From Burkholderiales bacterium (GTDB lineage: Bacteria; Pseudomonadota; Gammaproteobacteria; Burkholderiales; Burkholderiaceae_C), in assembly GCA_038317285.1 (NCBI GenBank), contig JBBQBG010000001.1, forward strand, positions 1 to 55,945: a DNA stretch of 55,945 bases, in the 5' to 3' direction. Position numbers and translations under genes: made by a program. The notes under the pieces were generated by a model. The model saw nothing but the letters and a program-made list of their open reading frames with translations. It was not told the DNA's origin and made no database searches. Positions 27,105 through 37,216 of this stretch are shown one piece after another. The number at the start of each line of letters is the position of its first letter. Position 1 is the stretch's first letter.

Positions 27105-29027
27105 TTACCGGCTGTGGGATGTCAAATGCGCCAGCGGCCCCGCCGCGCTGACACCTGGCCCTTTGCGGCGCGCGCCTTGTGCCGCCTGCCCGCCGGGCGC
27201 AACCTCGTCCAACCCCGCAGTCGCGACGCTACCCAACGCCGGCACATTGGCGCCGCGATGCAGCGTCACGCCTACGACCAAAATGTCCACCATCAAGAGG
27301 TGCAGGATGCGGCTAATCATCGGAACCTGAGTGGCGATGTCTTCCACATGGTCGACGATCAGCGCCAAATCGGCTTTACGGGCCAAAGGCGACTGGCTTT
27401 CGGTAATCGCAATCACCTTGGCACCGCGCTCTTGTGCGGTTTCCGCCACGGTCAGCAACTCGGCGATGCGCCCGCTGCTGCTGATGATGAGCACCACGTC
27501 ATCCGGGCGCAGGAGGCTGGCTGACAAAGTTTGCAAGCGCGGGTCGGTATAGGCCACGGCAGACACACCCACACGCAAAAACTTGAACTGTGCATCACTG
27601 GCCACGGCGCCGTAGTGGCCCACGGCATAAATCTCAACTCGGCTGGAGCCTGCAATCATGCGCATGGCACGGTCCATGCTGTCGCGGTTCAGATGGTCGC
27701 GCGCTTGCAGGATGGCCGACGCCGTATTGCCCAGCACCTTGGCGCCCAGTTCCAGCATCGAATCATTGCCGGTGACCTGGGTGTGGGTGATGGGTATCGT
27801 GCCGGTCAGGCCAGAGGCCAGTCGCAGCTTGAAGTCCGACAAGCCTTCGCAGCCCAGCGAGCGGCAAAAGCGGATGACGGTTGGTTGGCTGACTTCGGCC
27901 GAACGGGCGATGGTTGCGATCGGGTCATTCAGCGCCGAGCGGGGCTGCGCCAAAACATGCTGCGCAACGCGTTGTTCGGCTGGCGACAAGCTGGGCAAGG
28001 CTCGTCGAATTTGACCCAGAATGGCCGAGCCGTTGGCCCCATCCAACTCGCGCAGCTGCGAAGCCAGAATGACGGAAGCACCCACTAGCGTGGCATCGGT
28101 CGCGGTGATGACAAAGGTGGGAATCCCCTTCATGTAGTCGGTGAAGCGGCCCTTGTCCTCAAAGCGCTCACGAAATGGCGACTGGTCAAAATAGAGCCCC
28201 AGGCGCGGCACGATGCCCCCGCCGATGTAGATACCGCCAAACGCGCCCTGACTGACTGCCAGATTGGCCGCCGCCGTGCCCAGAATGGCGCAGAAGACAT
28301 CAATCGTTTCCTTGCAGATGGCGTCACTACCCTCCAGTGCCAAGCGCGTGATTTCGGGAGCATCGAGCGGGCGTTCAGGTTGCCCGGCCCGGTCGCACAA
28401 AGCCTTGAAGATCAACTCGATCCCGGTGCCTGACAGCAGACGCTCGAACGACACGTGTGCGTAGGTGCGCCAAGCGTACTGCAGGATGGCGATTTCGCGT
28501 TCATCGTGCGGCGAAAAGCTGGTGTGGCCGCCCTCGGTGCCCAGCGCGATCCAGCCATCGTCAGCCGGGATCAGGCCCGACACGCCCAGGCCGGTGCCGG
28601 CACCAATCAACCCAACCACACTGCGCGGTACCGCAGCGCCCGCACCAAACTGGCGCCGCTGCTGCGGTGTCAGGCTGGGCACGGCCATGGCCAGTGCGGT
28701 GAAGTCGTTGACTACCACCAGGTTGTCTAAATGCAGGCGTTCACGCATCTGCTCGATTGAGAACTGCCAGTGGTAGTTCGTCATCCGGACCTGATCACCA
28801 GCCACCGGATTGGCTATGGCCACGGCCGCATGTTTGATGTCGCCAGCGGTAACGCCCTTCAGTTTAGAGAGATAGGCCGTGACGGCCGCATGAAAGTCCG
28901 CATAGTCCTGGCAGCGAAGAGACTCACTTTGCTCAAATACATGGGGCGCAACTTCCAGCGCGAACCGGGCGAATGTGCCGCCAATATCGGCAATCAGGCG
29001 CGGGTGGTCAAAACGCGGTTCGGACAT
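27105..29027 (-). CDS. glk: Bifunctional glucokinase / RpiR (HexR) transcriptional regulator fusion
   Basis: Glk domain (ADIGGT, VNDFTA, GTGLG, EGGH, GGGI) followed by RpiR HTH (LSPAEQRVA, VSQPTVIRFCRSLG) and SIS domain (ISSSG). Confidence 0.93.
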   Translation of the reverse strand: MSEPRFDHPRLIADIGGTFARFALEVAPHVFEQSESLRCQDYADFHAAVTAYLSKLKGVTAGDIKHAAVAIANPVAGDQVRMTNYHWQFSIEQMRERLHLDNLVVVNDFTALAMAVPSLTPQQRRQFGAGAAVPRSVVGLIGAGTGLGVSGLIPADDGWIALGTEGGHTSFSPHDEREIAILQYAWRTYAHVSFERLLSGTGIELIFKALCDRAGQPERPLDAPEITRLALEGSDAICKETIDVFCAILGTAAANLAVSQGAFGGIYIGGGIVPRLGLYFDQSPFRERFEDKGRFTDYMKGIPTFVITATDATLVGASVILASQLRELDGANGSAILGQIRRALPSLSPAEQRVAQHVLAQPRSALNDPIATIARSAEVSQPTVIRFCRSLGCEGLSDFKLRLASGLTGTIPITHTQVTGNDSMLELGAKVLGNTASAILQARDHLNRDSMDRAMRMIAGSSRVEIYAVGHYGAVASDAQFKFLRVGVSAVAYTDPRLQTLSASLLRPDDVVLIISSSGRIAELLTVAETAQERGAKVIAITESQSPLARKADLALIVDHVEDIATQVPMISRILHLLMVDILVVGVTLHRGANVPALGSVATAGLDEVAPGGQAAQGARRKGPGVSAAGPLAHLTSHSR

Positions 29028-29127
29028 ATGTCAACTTCCCTCTGAGATTACTAATGCACGTATCCATCAAGAGAGGGAGCTTAACGGAAGACGCAAGGCC
29101 CCACGCTGCTCGCCGGGCCGTGCCGGC

Positions 29128-30093
29128 TCAGGGCAAGGTATCGAGCGCGCAGCTTGCACCCACCAGCGCCGGCGTGGACGCCGTGATCACCCAGACCGGC
29201 AGCGTAGACAGCAAAGACTGGTAGCGGCCCTTGCTCTCAAAACTGTGGCGAAACACGGTCGCATCGAAAGCGGCGCCCAGGCGCGGCACAATGCCGCCGC
29301 CGATATAGACACCGCCCAGCGAGCCCAAGGTAAGCGCCAGGTTACCCGCCACATTGCCCAGAAAGCGGGTGAAGTAATGGACGGCCTGCACGCATTGCGC
29401 GTCCGTCCCGGCCACTGCCGCATCCGTTACGTCGGCAGGTTCCAGCGCACGTGGCGTGCAGCCTTCCATCGCGCAGATGGCCTGATAGAGATTGACCAAG
29501 CCCGATCCCGACAACACGCGTTCGGCACTGACATGCACGAACTGTTTGCGCAGCAGGCCCAGCAAGGTGGATTCGACGTCGTCAGTGGCGGACAGGGTGA
29601 CATGGCCACCCTCTCCAGCCAACGCACTGTAGCGGCCAGCCGCGTCGGGCACCAGACCCGAAACCCCCAAACCGGTCCCTGGCCCGAGCAAACCGATGGT
29701 CGATCCGGCCACAGCGATACCGCCACCCAGCGCGCGCAGGTCAGCCGGCCGCAGAGCAGGGAGGCTCATGGCAAGTGCCGTAAAGTCATTGACCACCAGG
29801 CAGCGCTCCAGGCCCATAGCCCTTTGGAACGCGTCGATGGAGAAACGCCAACTGCTATTGGTCAGGCGCACATCGTCACCCGTGATCACCGTAGCAATGC
29901 CAATACCGGCCCAGCGCGGGCTCTTGTGGCCATGTGCTTGCAAGTAGTTGGCTGCTGACTCCTGGATAGACACACTGTCTTCACACGGTTGCACCGAAAC
30001 GTCTTGCAGTTCGGCACCGGCGCTGGCCTGCCAGGCCCACCGGGCATTGGTACCGCCAATATCACCCAAAAGTCTTGGATAACCCTTATTCAT
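29128..30093 (-). CDS. glk: Glucokinase (stand-alone)
   Basis: GDIGGTNAR, VNDFTA, GPGTGLG, GEGGH, SAERVLSG. Confidence 0.93.
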   Translation of the reverse strand: MNKGYPRLLGDIGGTNARWAWQASAGAELQDVSVQPCEDSVSIQESAANYLQAHGHKSPRWAGIGIATVITGDDVRLTNSSWRFSIDAFQRAMGLERCLVVNDFTALAMSLPALRPADLRALGGGIAVAGSTIGLLGPGTGLGVSGLVPDAAGRYSALAGEGGHVTLSATDDVESTLLGLLRKQFVHVSAERVLSGSGLVNLYQAICAMEGCTPRALEPADVTDAAVAGTDAQCVQAVHYFTRFLGNVAGNLALTLGSLGGVYIGGGIVPRLGAAFDATVFRHSFESKGRYQSLLSTLPVWVITASTPALVGASCALDTLP

Positions 30094-30131
30094 TCGCAAT
30101 ACTCCCTGTTGCCATGGAAACGACAACTTAC

Positions 30132-30260
30132 ATGTAGTTTAACGACATTCAGTCTACACGAATTTTACCAATTTGTAATTTGCCTACAAATAGCCGATCG
30201 ACTTACGACAAAGTGCGCCTCAACCGAGCCTATTTTGCATAATTTCGTTGTAAATCGACA
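30132..30260. promoter_or_regulatory. HexR-like operators in the glk/TBDR divergent promoter
   Basis: TGTAA-TTTGC-CTACA (30174-30188) fits TGTAR-N5-YTACA. Weaker copies: TGTAG-TTTAA-CGACA (30132) and CGTTG-TAAAT-CGACA (30246). Confidence 0.65.
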
Positions 30261-30451
30261 AATAAAGATGTACTTTTTTCTACTTTCAGCACTTTGGAAT
30301 GCAAAACTAGTATTTACCCCTATGTCAGTAAATATCTAGTTTTGATACAAACTAGGCTGTGAGTAGGGAATCCGCCGTCCCTTCTACGTGTCTTTTGAGC
30401 CCCCGCGCAAAAGATGAATAGCCCGCCCCGAGCATCAGGAGAAATATCAAA

Positions 30452-33199
30452 ATGAGTTCAACCGTTCAGCGCTCCACGAGGACCCCCTCGCGCAGCTCCC
30501 TCTTCAAACTAGCCCCTGTGGCAGCCGGCTGTGCCGTGCTGATCGTGACTTCGTCTGCGGCCTTTGCGCAGGCCGCCGCACCTGCACCCGACCTGAATAC
30601 GGTGACCGTCGTCGGTATCCGCAAAGGTATTGAAGACGCGATCTCCGTCAAGAAAAATTCAAATTCGATTGTGGAGGCCATCTCGGCCGAAGACATTGGC
30701 AAGCTGCCCGACGTGAGCATTGCCGAGTCCATTGCCCGCCTGCCCGGTGTGGCCGCACAACGCGTGGCCGGTCGTGCACAAGCTATCAGCGTCCGCGGTT
30801 TAGCACCCGACTTTGCAACCACCTTGCTCAACGGCCGTGAGCAGGTCAGCACGGGTGACAACCGCAGTGTTGAGTTTGACCAATACCCTTCTGAGCTGCT
30901 GAGCGGTGTGACCATCTACAAGACGCCCGACGCAGGTCTGGTCGGCCAGGGTCTGTCCGGAACGATTGATTTGCAAACCGTGCGCCCTTTGAACTTCAAG
31001 GATCGCGTGGTCTCTATCAACGTACGCGGCGAGAAGCGCACCATTGGTTCGATTGCGGACACCAAGGACAGCGGCAACCGTGTCAGCGTGAGCTACGTGG
31101 ACCAGTTTGCCGACCGTACCATCGGTATCGCATTGGGCTTCGCGCACCTGGATTCCCCAACGCTGGAACAGCAAACCGGTATTTACGAGCCGTGGAAAAA
31201 TGAAACCCGTCCCGGTGTAACACCCGGTACTTATTTGCAAGACGGCATCAAGTCGCTTGCCAAGACCGGCAATCTGAAGCGCGACGCCTTTATGGGGGTA
31301 CTGGAGTTCCGCCCGTCCAAGCAGTGGACCAGCGTATTGGATATGTACGCCTCTGAATTCAAACAGTTCGACACCAACAACCAATTTGAAGTGAATTTGA
31401 GCGGCTACAACGGAACCAACCCGTACATTCCGTTCACGTACGCGAACCCCATCATTGTCAACGGTGCGCTGCAAGGCGCCCAGACCGTCAACGTGTATCC
31501 CCTGGTGCGGGGCCAGTCCTTTGACCGTAAGGACACCATCAAAGCCATTGGTTGGAACAACAAGTTTAAGTTTGACACCTGGTCCTTGCTGGCCGACGTG
31601 AACTACTCCCAGGCCAAACGCGACGAAGTGCAATTGGAAACCAATACCCAGTTGGCCGGTTCAAAAAGCGGATTTGCCAATGGCGCGAATCTGGATACCT
31701 TGACGGTGAACTGGGGTGGCAGTGGCTTCCCCACCATCAGGCCCGGTTTGAACTACAGCGATGCCAGCAAACTCTACCTGGGCGATTCCATTTACGGCCA
31801 AGGCTATGGCCGCAAACCGCAAGTAGAAGACAAACTGGCAGGCTACAAACTGGTGGCTACGTTGCCGATGTTCGGCGCCTTGCAAGACGTGTTCTCGGGT
31901 GTCGACGTTGGCTTTAACTATTCTGACCGTACCAAGAGAAAGCGCCAACCCGAAGATGAATTGAAGGCCAATGGCTCCCCTACCATTTCGTCGGACTTGT
32001 TGTACAGCCCCGTGGACCTTGGCTTTTCAGGCAGCGGGATAGTGCCTTCTTGGAACGTGCCCGGAGTCGTAGCCAAGTATTTCCAACCCTTCAACCCATC
32101 AGAAGTGAACTCGGGCGCGGTGGGGCGTGCCTGGGATGTTACGGAAAAGATCACTACCGGCTTTGTCAAGGCAGATATTGACACCCAATTGGGCGGTGTC
32201 AATCTGCGTGGAAACTTTGGTGTGCAGGTGCAGGCTACCGACCAATCGTCTGCTGCTGTGTACGTAGACAACTCTAACGGCGGCACACAGCGGCCTGTCA
32301 ACATTGGCAAGACCTACACCGACGTCCTGCCAAGCTTGAACCTCGCGTTCTCGTTGGGCAACGAACAGACGGTTCGTGTAGCGGCCGCCAAGCAAATCGC
32401 CCGGGCACGTATTGACCAAATGCGCGCATCGTTTGATTTCGACGTAAGCAAGACGACGTTCATCCCTAGCGCCAACGGTGGCAACCCCTTGCTCGACCCT
32501 TGGAAGGCCAACGCCCTTGACATTTCTTATGAAAAGTACTTTGGCACCAAGGCATACGTTGCCGCTGCCGCCTACTATAAGGATCTGCAAACGTTCATTT
32601 ATACCGAGGCCCGTCCGTTTAACTTTAGTAACTACACGCAGGGCACTATCGCAAAGACCAACCAAGGCAACTTTAGCGCACCTTACAACGGCAATGGCGG
32701 CACCTTGAAAGGCTATGAGTTGTCGGCATCGCTGCCGTTCAATATGCTCTCTTCCGCGTTGGACGGATTCGGGGCATCGTTCAGCTACTCTTACAACGAT
32801 AGCGCTATCAGCCTGCCTACCAGCGGCTTCAATAGCTCATCGGTAGGTGCCAACATCCCGTTGCCGGGACTTTCCAAAAACGTGTCGAACCTGACCGTGT
32901 ACTACGAAAAAGACGGCTGGTCCGCCCGGGTTAGCCAACGCAATCGCTCTGAGTTCATCGGCGAAATTGGCAACTTCGCTGGCGACCGCGCACTGCGTTG
33001 GGTAAACCCGGAAAAGGTGGTCGACATGCAAGTTGGCTACGAGTTCAAGACAGGCAGCTTGAAGGGCCTGGGCTTGTTGCTGCAAGTCAACAACGTGACC
33101 AATACGCCATATAGCACCTACGGTGATGCGCCTGATCATCCGCTGGAATATGTGAACTACGGCAGCACCTATCTGTTTGGTTTGAATTACAAGTTTTAA
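30452..33199 (+). CDS. TonB-dependent receptor (MalA-like sugar/maltodextrin type)
   Basis: TonB box TVTVVG, ISAEDIGKLPDVSIAESIARLPG, NGREQVSTGDNRSVEFDQYPSEL, C-terminal YKF. Confidence 0.93.
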   Translation: MSSTVQRSTRTPSRSSLFKLAPVAAGCAVLIVTSSAAFAQAAAPAPDLNTVTVVGIRKGIEDAISVKKNSNSIVEAISAEDIGKLPDVSIAESIARLPGVAAQRVAGRAQAISVRGLAPDFATTLLNGREQVSTGDNRSVEFDQYPSELLSGVTIYKTPDAGLVGQGLSGTIDLQTVRPLNFKDRVVSINVRGEKRTIGSIADTKDSGNRVSVSYVDQFADRTIGIALGFAHLDSPTLEQQTGIYEPWKNETRPGVTPGTYLQDGIKSLAKTGNLKRDAFMGVLEFRPSKQWTSVLDMYASEFKQFDTNNQFEVNLSGYNGTNPYIPFTYANPIIVNGALQGAQTVNVYPLVRGQSFDRKDTIKAIGWNNKFKFDTWSLLADVNYSQAKRDEVQLETNTQLAGSKSGFANGANLDTLTVNWGGSGFPTIRPGLNYSDASKLYLGDSIYGQGYGRKPQVEDKLAGYKLVATLPMFGALQDVFSGVDVGFNYSDRTKRKRQPEDELKANGSPTISSDLLYSPVDLGFSGSGIVPSWNVPGVVAKYFQPFNPSEVNSGAVGRAWDVTEKITTGFVKADIDTQLGGVNLRGNFGVQVQATDQSSAAVYVDNSNGGTQRPVNIGKTYTDVLPSLNLAFSLGNEQTVRVAAAKQIARARIDQMRASFDFDVSKTTFIPSANGGNPLLDPWKANALDISYEKYFGTKAYVAAAAYYKDLQTFIYTEARPFNFSNYTQGTIAKTNQGNFSAPYNGNGGTLKGYELSASLPFNMLSSALDGFGASFSYSYNDSAISLPTSGFNSSSVGANIPLPGLSKNVSNLTVYYEKDGWSARVSQRNRSEFIGEIGNFAGDRALRWVNPEKVVDMQVGYEFKTGSLKGLGLLLQVNNVTNTPYSTYGDAPDHPLEYVNYGSTYLFGLNYKF

Positions 33200-33221
33200 G
33201 TAGGTTGGGTTCTCAATAGCG

Positions 33222-33255
33222 TTTCCCCCATCGCGCAAGCGGTGGGGGTTTTTTT
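33222..33255 (+). terminator. Rho-independent terminator
   Basis: CCCCCATCGC-GCAA-GCGGTGGGGG followed by a T run. Confidence 0.85.
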
Positions 33256-33263
33256 ATGCCTGC

Positions 33264-34508
33264 TCAATGTTGCGCACGCCAATCCAAAACAGTCTTGAGT
33301 AGCGCGTTGGCCAGTGCGGCCGAAGACACTGCGCTGTTGACTGCTACAGCCGCATAGGCATTTGCCACGTGGTCATACAACAACGCAGCGTTGGCCGTGG
33401 GTATGCCGCCAAAATGGCCCAACCAAGTCCGTGGCCGCCCCGCGTCATCGGTCCATTCAGTCAACATCACACCTTTGCCAAACCACTGAATGCCTTGTCC
33501 TGGCTCTGCAGTTTGGGGGCCCAGTACATGGAGCACCTCCCATTGCGATTGCACCGTAGTCGGTGCCAACAAACGCCCCGACAGTACCGCCTGCCAGAAC
33601 ACGACCATGTCTTCGGCACGGCCCACCACATTGCCTGCGCCCAGGCGGGTCCACGCATTGGGGTCGGCCTGCGGGGTTTGCCCGTCGTGTGGCGTGGCCA
33701 GCGCAGCCGGAAACTCTTCGCCTGGGCGAAGCGCGCGCAAGTGTTGCAAACCCAAGGGCGCGGCGATACGGCGTTCCAAGGATTGGTGCAGTGGCCGCTG
33801 CTCAATCGCCTCCACCACCAAGGCCAGCAACACGTAGCCGGTATTGGAGTAACTGGCGCTGGTACCAGGGCAAAACAGCAGCGGCATACCGGCCATGTTG
33901 GCAGCCAGCGAGGCCGGCGTCGCCGCGCCCAAACCGGACGTACTGTTAACGTTGGTCTGCAAGCCGCTGGTGTGAGACAGCAATTGCCCGATGCTGATGC
34001 GCTGTGCATCCGGTATTTGCGGAAGCCAGCGCGACAGGGGATCGTCCAGGCGCAGCTTGCCTTCCTCCATCAGCTGCAGAACCAGCACGGCGGTCAGTGT
34101 TTTTGCCACACTACCCCAATAGAACTCTGTGCCATCGGTTACGGCCTGCGCGGGCTGGGCCTGGGCAAGGCCCTGCGTGCTACTCCAGCGACCAATGCCA
34201 GGCAGCGTGATGGCGGCTGAAATAGCTGGAGCGCCTGTTTTGTTTAACAGATCGCGGACCTTCTGATCCAGCGCTGCTGCCAACGCATCGGGCAGCAGCA
34301 CATCATCCGCGACCTTGCGTTCCGCCGCAGGGAATAAGCTGGCAGACAAGGGAGCGTGCGGCGTTGGCCCCACAAATGGCATGGCCGCCGGACAATGCAA
34401 ATTCACCGCGCCGCCCGCCGATGGGGTAGCGGACCCGGCAGCGCCGCCACAGCCTGCAGTGGCCAGGGCAAATGAAAGGGCAACGGTGAGTAAGATCATC
34501 AGCTTCAT
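33264..34508 (-). CDS. Serine hydrolase, beta-lactamase (class C/S12) family lipoprotein
   Basis: Lipobox TAGC, SVAK (SxxK), YSN, LLSHTSG, GHFG. Confidence 0.9.
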   Translation of the reverse strand: MKLMILLTVALSFALATAGCGGAAGSATPSAGGAVNLHCPAAMPFVGPTPHAPLSASLFPAAERKVADDVLLPDALAAALDQKVRDLLNKTGAPAISAAITLPGIGRWSSTQGLAQAQPAQAVTDGTEFYWGSVAKTLTAVLVLQLMEEGKLRLDDPLSRWLPQIPDAQRISIGQLLSHTSGLQTNVNSTSGLGAATPASLAANMAGMPLLFCPGTSASYSNTGYVLLALVVEAIEQRPLHQSLERRIAAPLGLQHLRALRPGEEFPAALATPHDGQTPQADPNAWTRLGAGNVVGRAEDMVVFWQAVLSGRLLAPTTVQSQWEVLHVLGPQTAEPGQGIQWFGKGVMLTEWTDDAGRPRTWLGHFGGIPTANAALLYDHVANAYAAVAVNSAVSSAALANALLKTVLDWRAQH

Positions 34509-34804
34509 AGTTGTTTCTCCTCGATGGCAGGGGACGCGGTAGAGGGCCCTGATGCGTTCCTGGCCTTGGCGCGCTCCTGCTGGTACCGGTCGTATTCGAC
34601 AAGTTCGGCGCAGGGTGCGTCGGTGGGTCTGCGCCTGAGCTGGCATTGATCGTTGCCATAGCGTGCGCCCTGGTAGGCCGCACGCTCCCAATGGGTGTCG
34701 GCACAGCCCACCAGACCCGACAGGGTGACACCAACCAGAGTGGCCACGCCCGCCACGGCGCGGATTTGGCCTATCGCACCCGAGACAAAAAGATGTGTTT
34801 TCAT
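34505..34804 (-). CDS. Small lipoprotein, hypothetical
   Basis: LVGC lipobox, C-x8-C then YDRYQQER; stop overlaps the hydrolase start. Confidence 0.7.
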   Translation of the reverse strand: MKTHLFVSGAIGQIRAVAGVATLVGVTLSGLVGCADTHWERAAYQGARYGNDQCQLRRRPTDAPCAELVEYDRYQQERAKARNASGPSTASPAIEEKQL

Positions 34805-34894
34805 GTGATAAATCTCGATAAAATGAATGTAATAAGACAAATTATTATTGTTTTACAATATTTTTGTAAAGCTATTTCTTTTGCGAGGCGCACC

Positions 34895-35461
34895 ATGAAT
34901 ACCTTTCCATCGACGGCGGTCAAAGGCCACCAACCGGTTTGGAGTCGACTTTTGGCTTGGGCCTGTTGGGCGCTGGCTGTAATGCTGCCGATGGCCGCCC
35001 TCTACAGTTACGGGCAGCTCACGCCGGTGGACATGTTGGTCCAAATGGGCATACGGCTGCCCTCGGGCGGTAGCCTGCAAAGCCTGCCCGTCGCCGTTTG
35101 GCAACATGTAGTGGCCGTAGCCATCAGTCTGTTACCGGTCATCGCCGTGTCCTATGCGCTGTGGCGGGCGGGCCAATATTTCAGCGGCTTCGTGCGCGGC
35201 GAGATCTTCCGCCTGACCACGGTGCGGCATTTGCGGGGCTTTGCTGCCGGGCTTTTGGTGTCCAGTAGCGCTGGGCTGGTGGCCCCCACTGCCATCGTGT
35301 GGCTGCTGACCATGGGCGCTCCGGCCGGTGGACGGGTTCTGACGGTAAGCTTGGGCTCACAGCAACTGCTAATGTTGTTGTTCTCCGGCATCGTGTGGCA
35401 GATGGGCCACGCCATGACCCGTGCGGTTGAAATCGCCGAAGACAACGCCCAGATCATTTAA
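34895..35461 (+). CDS. DUF2975 membrane protein
   Basis: Four TM segments, GEIF...VRHLR, C-terminal AVEIAEDNAQII; paired with the XRE gene. Confidence 0.85.
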   Translation: MNTFPSTAVKGHQPVWSRLLAWACWALAVMLPMAALYSYGQLTPVDMLVQMGIRLPSGGSLQSLPVAVWQHVVAVAISLLPVIAVSYALWRAGQYFSGFVRGEIFRLTTVRHLRGFAAGLLVSSSAGLVAPTAIVWLLTMGAPAGGRVLTVSLGSQQLLMLLFSGIVWQMGHAMTRAVEIAEDNAQII

Positions 35462-35475
35462 GCCCGCCCCACACC

Positions 35476-35727
35476 GTGCCCATCATTGTCAAGCTCGACG
35501 TCATCCTGGCCGAACGCAAGGCCAAGTCCAAAGACCTGGCCGAGTACATCGGCATCACAGAGGCCAACCTGTCCATGCTCAAGCAAGGCAAAGTCAAAGG
35601 GGTGCGTTTTGACACCTTGCTAGCCATATGCGAATACTTGCATTGCCAGCCCGGCGACTTGCTGGTGTTCAAGCCGGACACTGAACCGCTCGGGCCCCAA
35701 CAGGATGGACGCATGCGGATAAACTGA
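35476..35727 (+). CDS. XRE/YozG-like HTH regulator
   Basis: IIVKLDVILAERK...GITEANLSMLKQGKVKGVRFDTL...CQPGDLL. Confidence 0.92.
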   Translation: MPIIVKLDVILAERKAKSKDLAEYIGITEANLSMLKQGKVKGVRFDTLLAICEYLHCQPGDLLVFKPDTEPLGPQQDGRMRIN

Positions 35728-35755
35728 AACGACACCTAGACACCACTCCAAACCC

Positions 35756-36178
35756 ATGCCGACAAAATCCGAACTCTCCGCATTCCTGGTCAAGGAATTC
35801 CCACAGACACCATGCACCGTCGAAGCAGTAGGCGACAAAAGTGCCACGATACGGCACCCGGTGGGCGCAGCCGAACTGCGCCCCGGCGGCACGGTGTCGG
35901 GACCGGTAATGATGGCCGTAGCGGATGTGGCGCTCTATGTTGCCATCTTGGGCGAGATTGGCATCGTGCCCTTGGCTGTAACAACCAACCTCAGCATCAA
36001 CTTTCTACGCAAACCGGCGGGTGACCGCGCCATCATTGGTGTCTGCAAGTTGATGAAGGTCGGCAAGTCTTTGGCCGTCGGTGAAGTGTCTTTGTATTCG
36101 GAAGGACTGGACGACCCGGTAGCCCATGTGGTGGGTACCTACTCCATTCCGAAGGACCGTATGCCTGCAAAGGATTAG
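35756..36178 (+). CDS. PaaI family thioesterase
   Basis: LRPGGTVSGPVMMAVAD, AVTTNLSINFLRKP. Confidence 0.92.
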   Translation: MPTKSELSAFLVKEFPQTPCTVEAVGDKSATIRHPVGAAELRPGGTVSGPVMMAVADVALYVAILGEIGIVPLAVTTNLSINFLRKPAGDRAIIGVCKLMKVGKSLAVGEVSLYSEGLDDPVAHVVGTYSIPKDRMPAKD

Positions 36179-36180
36179 TT

Positions 36181-36987
36181 GGGCAATACACCATCATCCA
36201 CGCGAACGTCTCACCCAAGCCCGGCGACTACACCTTCTCACTCACGCACGATGGCCTGCTGCGCAAGTACCGGGTACACGTGCCACAAAGCTACGACGGC
36301 GCAAGCCCTGCGCCGGTGCTGATGGCCTTTCACGGGGGCGGCGGTGATATGGACCACCAGGCCTCGGACCGCAACTACGGCCTGATTTCCAAATCCGAGT
36401 CGGCTGGGTTCATCGCGGTGTTTCCCAACGGATTTAGCAAACTGCCGTCGGGAAAATTTGCCCCCTGGAACGCAGGGATCTGCTGCGCCGATGCGCGGGA
36501 CCGGCGGGTGGAAGATGTGGGCTTCGTACGCAAAATACTCAGCAATCTCGCAAGCCAACTTCACGTAGACCGTCGGCGTATTTACGCCACCGGCATGTCC
36601 AACCGGCCAATTCCTATCGTCCACATCCACGCGCAGAACGACGACCGCGTACTTTACGACGGCGGGGCCGGGCGCAAGTTTGGAGACCCGTCACAGGTGA
36701 CAGATTTCATATCCGTCCCGGTCAGTATCGCCAAGTGGGTAGGGCAAAACGGTTGCAAACCCCAAGCCCAGCCTACGCTGACCGTGGCGGGCGCCTACTG
36801 CGAGCGCTATACGCCTTGCCAAGGCCGTGCCGAGGTGCAGCTCTGCGTCACAGAGACTGGCGGACACTCTTGGCCGGGCGGCTACAAGGCGCTGACTGGC
36901 GAGCCTGCCTCGCAGGCGATCTCGGCCAACGTTGTGATGTGGGCGTTTTTCACGTCTCTGGCGACGGCACCTGTTTCAAACCATTAG
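36181..36987 (+). pseudogene. PHB depolymerase/LpqC-like esterase, 5'-truncated with internal deletion
   Basis: Homology starts at PGDYTFSLTHDGLLRKYRVHVP with no start codon or signal peptide. ATGMSN jumps directly to RPIPIVHIH, which breaks the GxSxG elbow and removes the following segment. Confidence 0.72.
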
Positions 36988-37059
36988 TGTGCGGGGTCCC
37001 GCAAGAACAATCCCACCCACTAGAGGTTTAATACCCCATCCAAAGCGCGTCTCATAGTG

Positions 37060-37113
37060 AAAACGGGCTCTAGCCCTCGTGGAATATTCGCATATAGCTA
37101 CAAAATGCATAGC
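37060..37113 (-). repeat. REP-like repeat, copy 3
   Basis: Reverse complement GCTATGCATTTTGTAGCTATATGCGAATATTCCACGAGGGCTAGAGCCCGTTT. Confidence 0.75.
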
Positions 37114-37216
37114 GGCCAATGGGAGCCAGCACTACCCTCTTCACCACGGGGGCAATAACCCGAATCGCCCCGACCGCCTAAACAACTACGCACTAACGTC
37201 AGGATTGACACCCCCA

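Noticed and set aside
33264-34508. Bona fide beta-lactam resistance gene
   Set aside because: SxxK/YxN fold is shared with many esterases and peptidases; no AmpC-specific features or resistance context.
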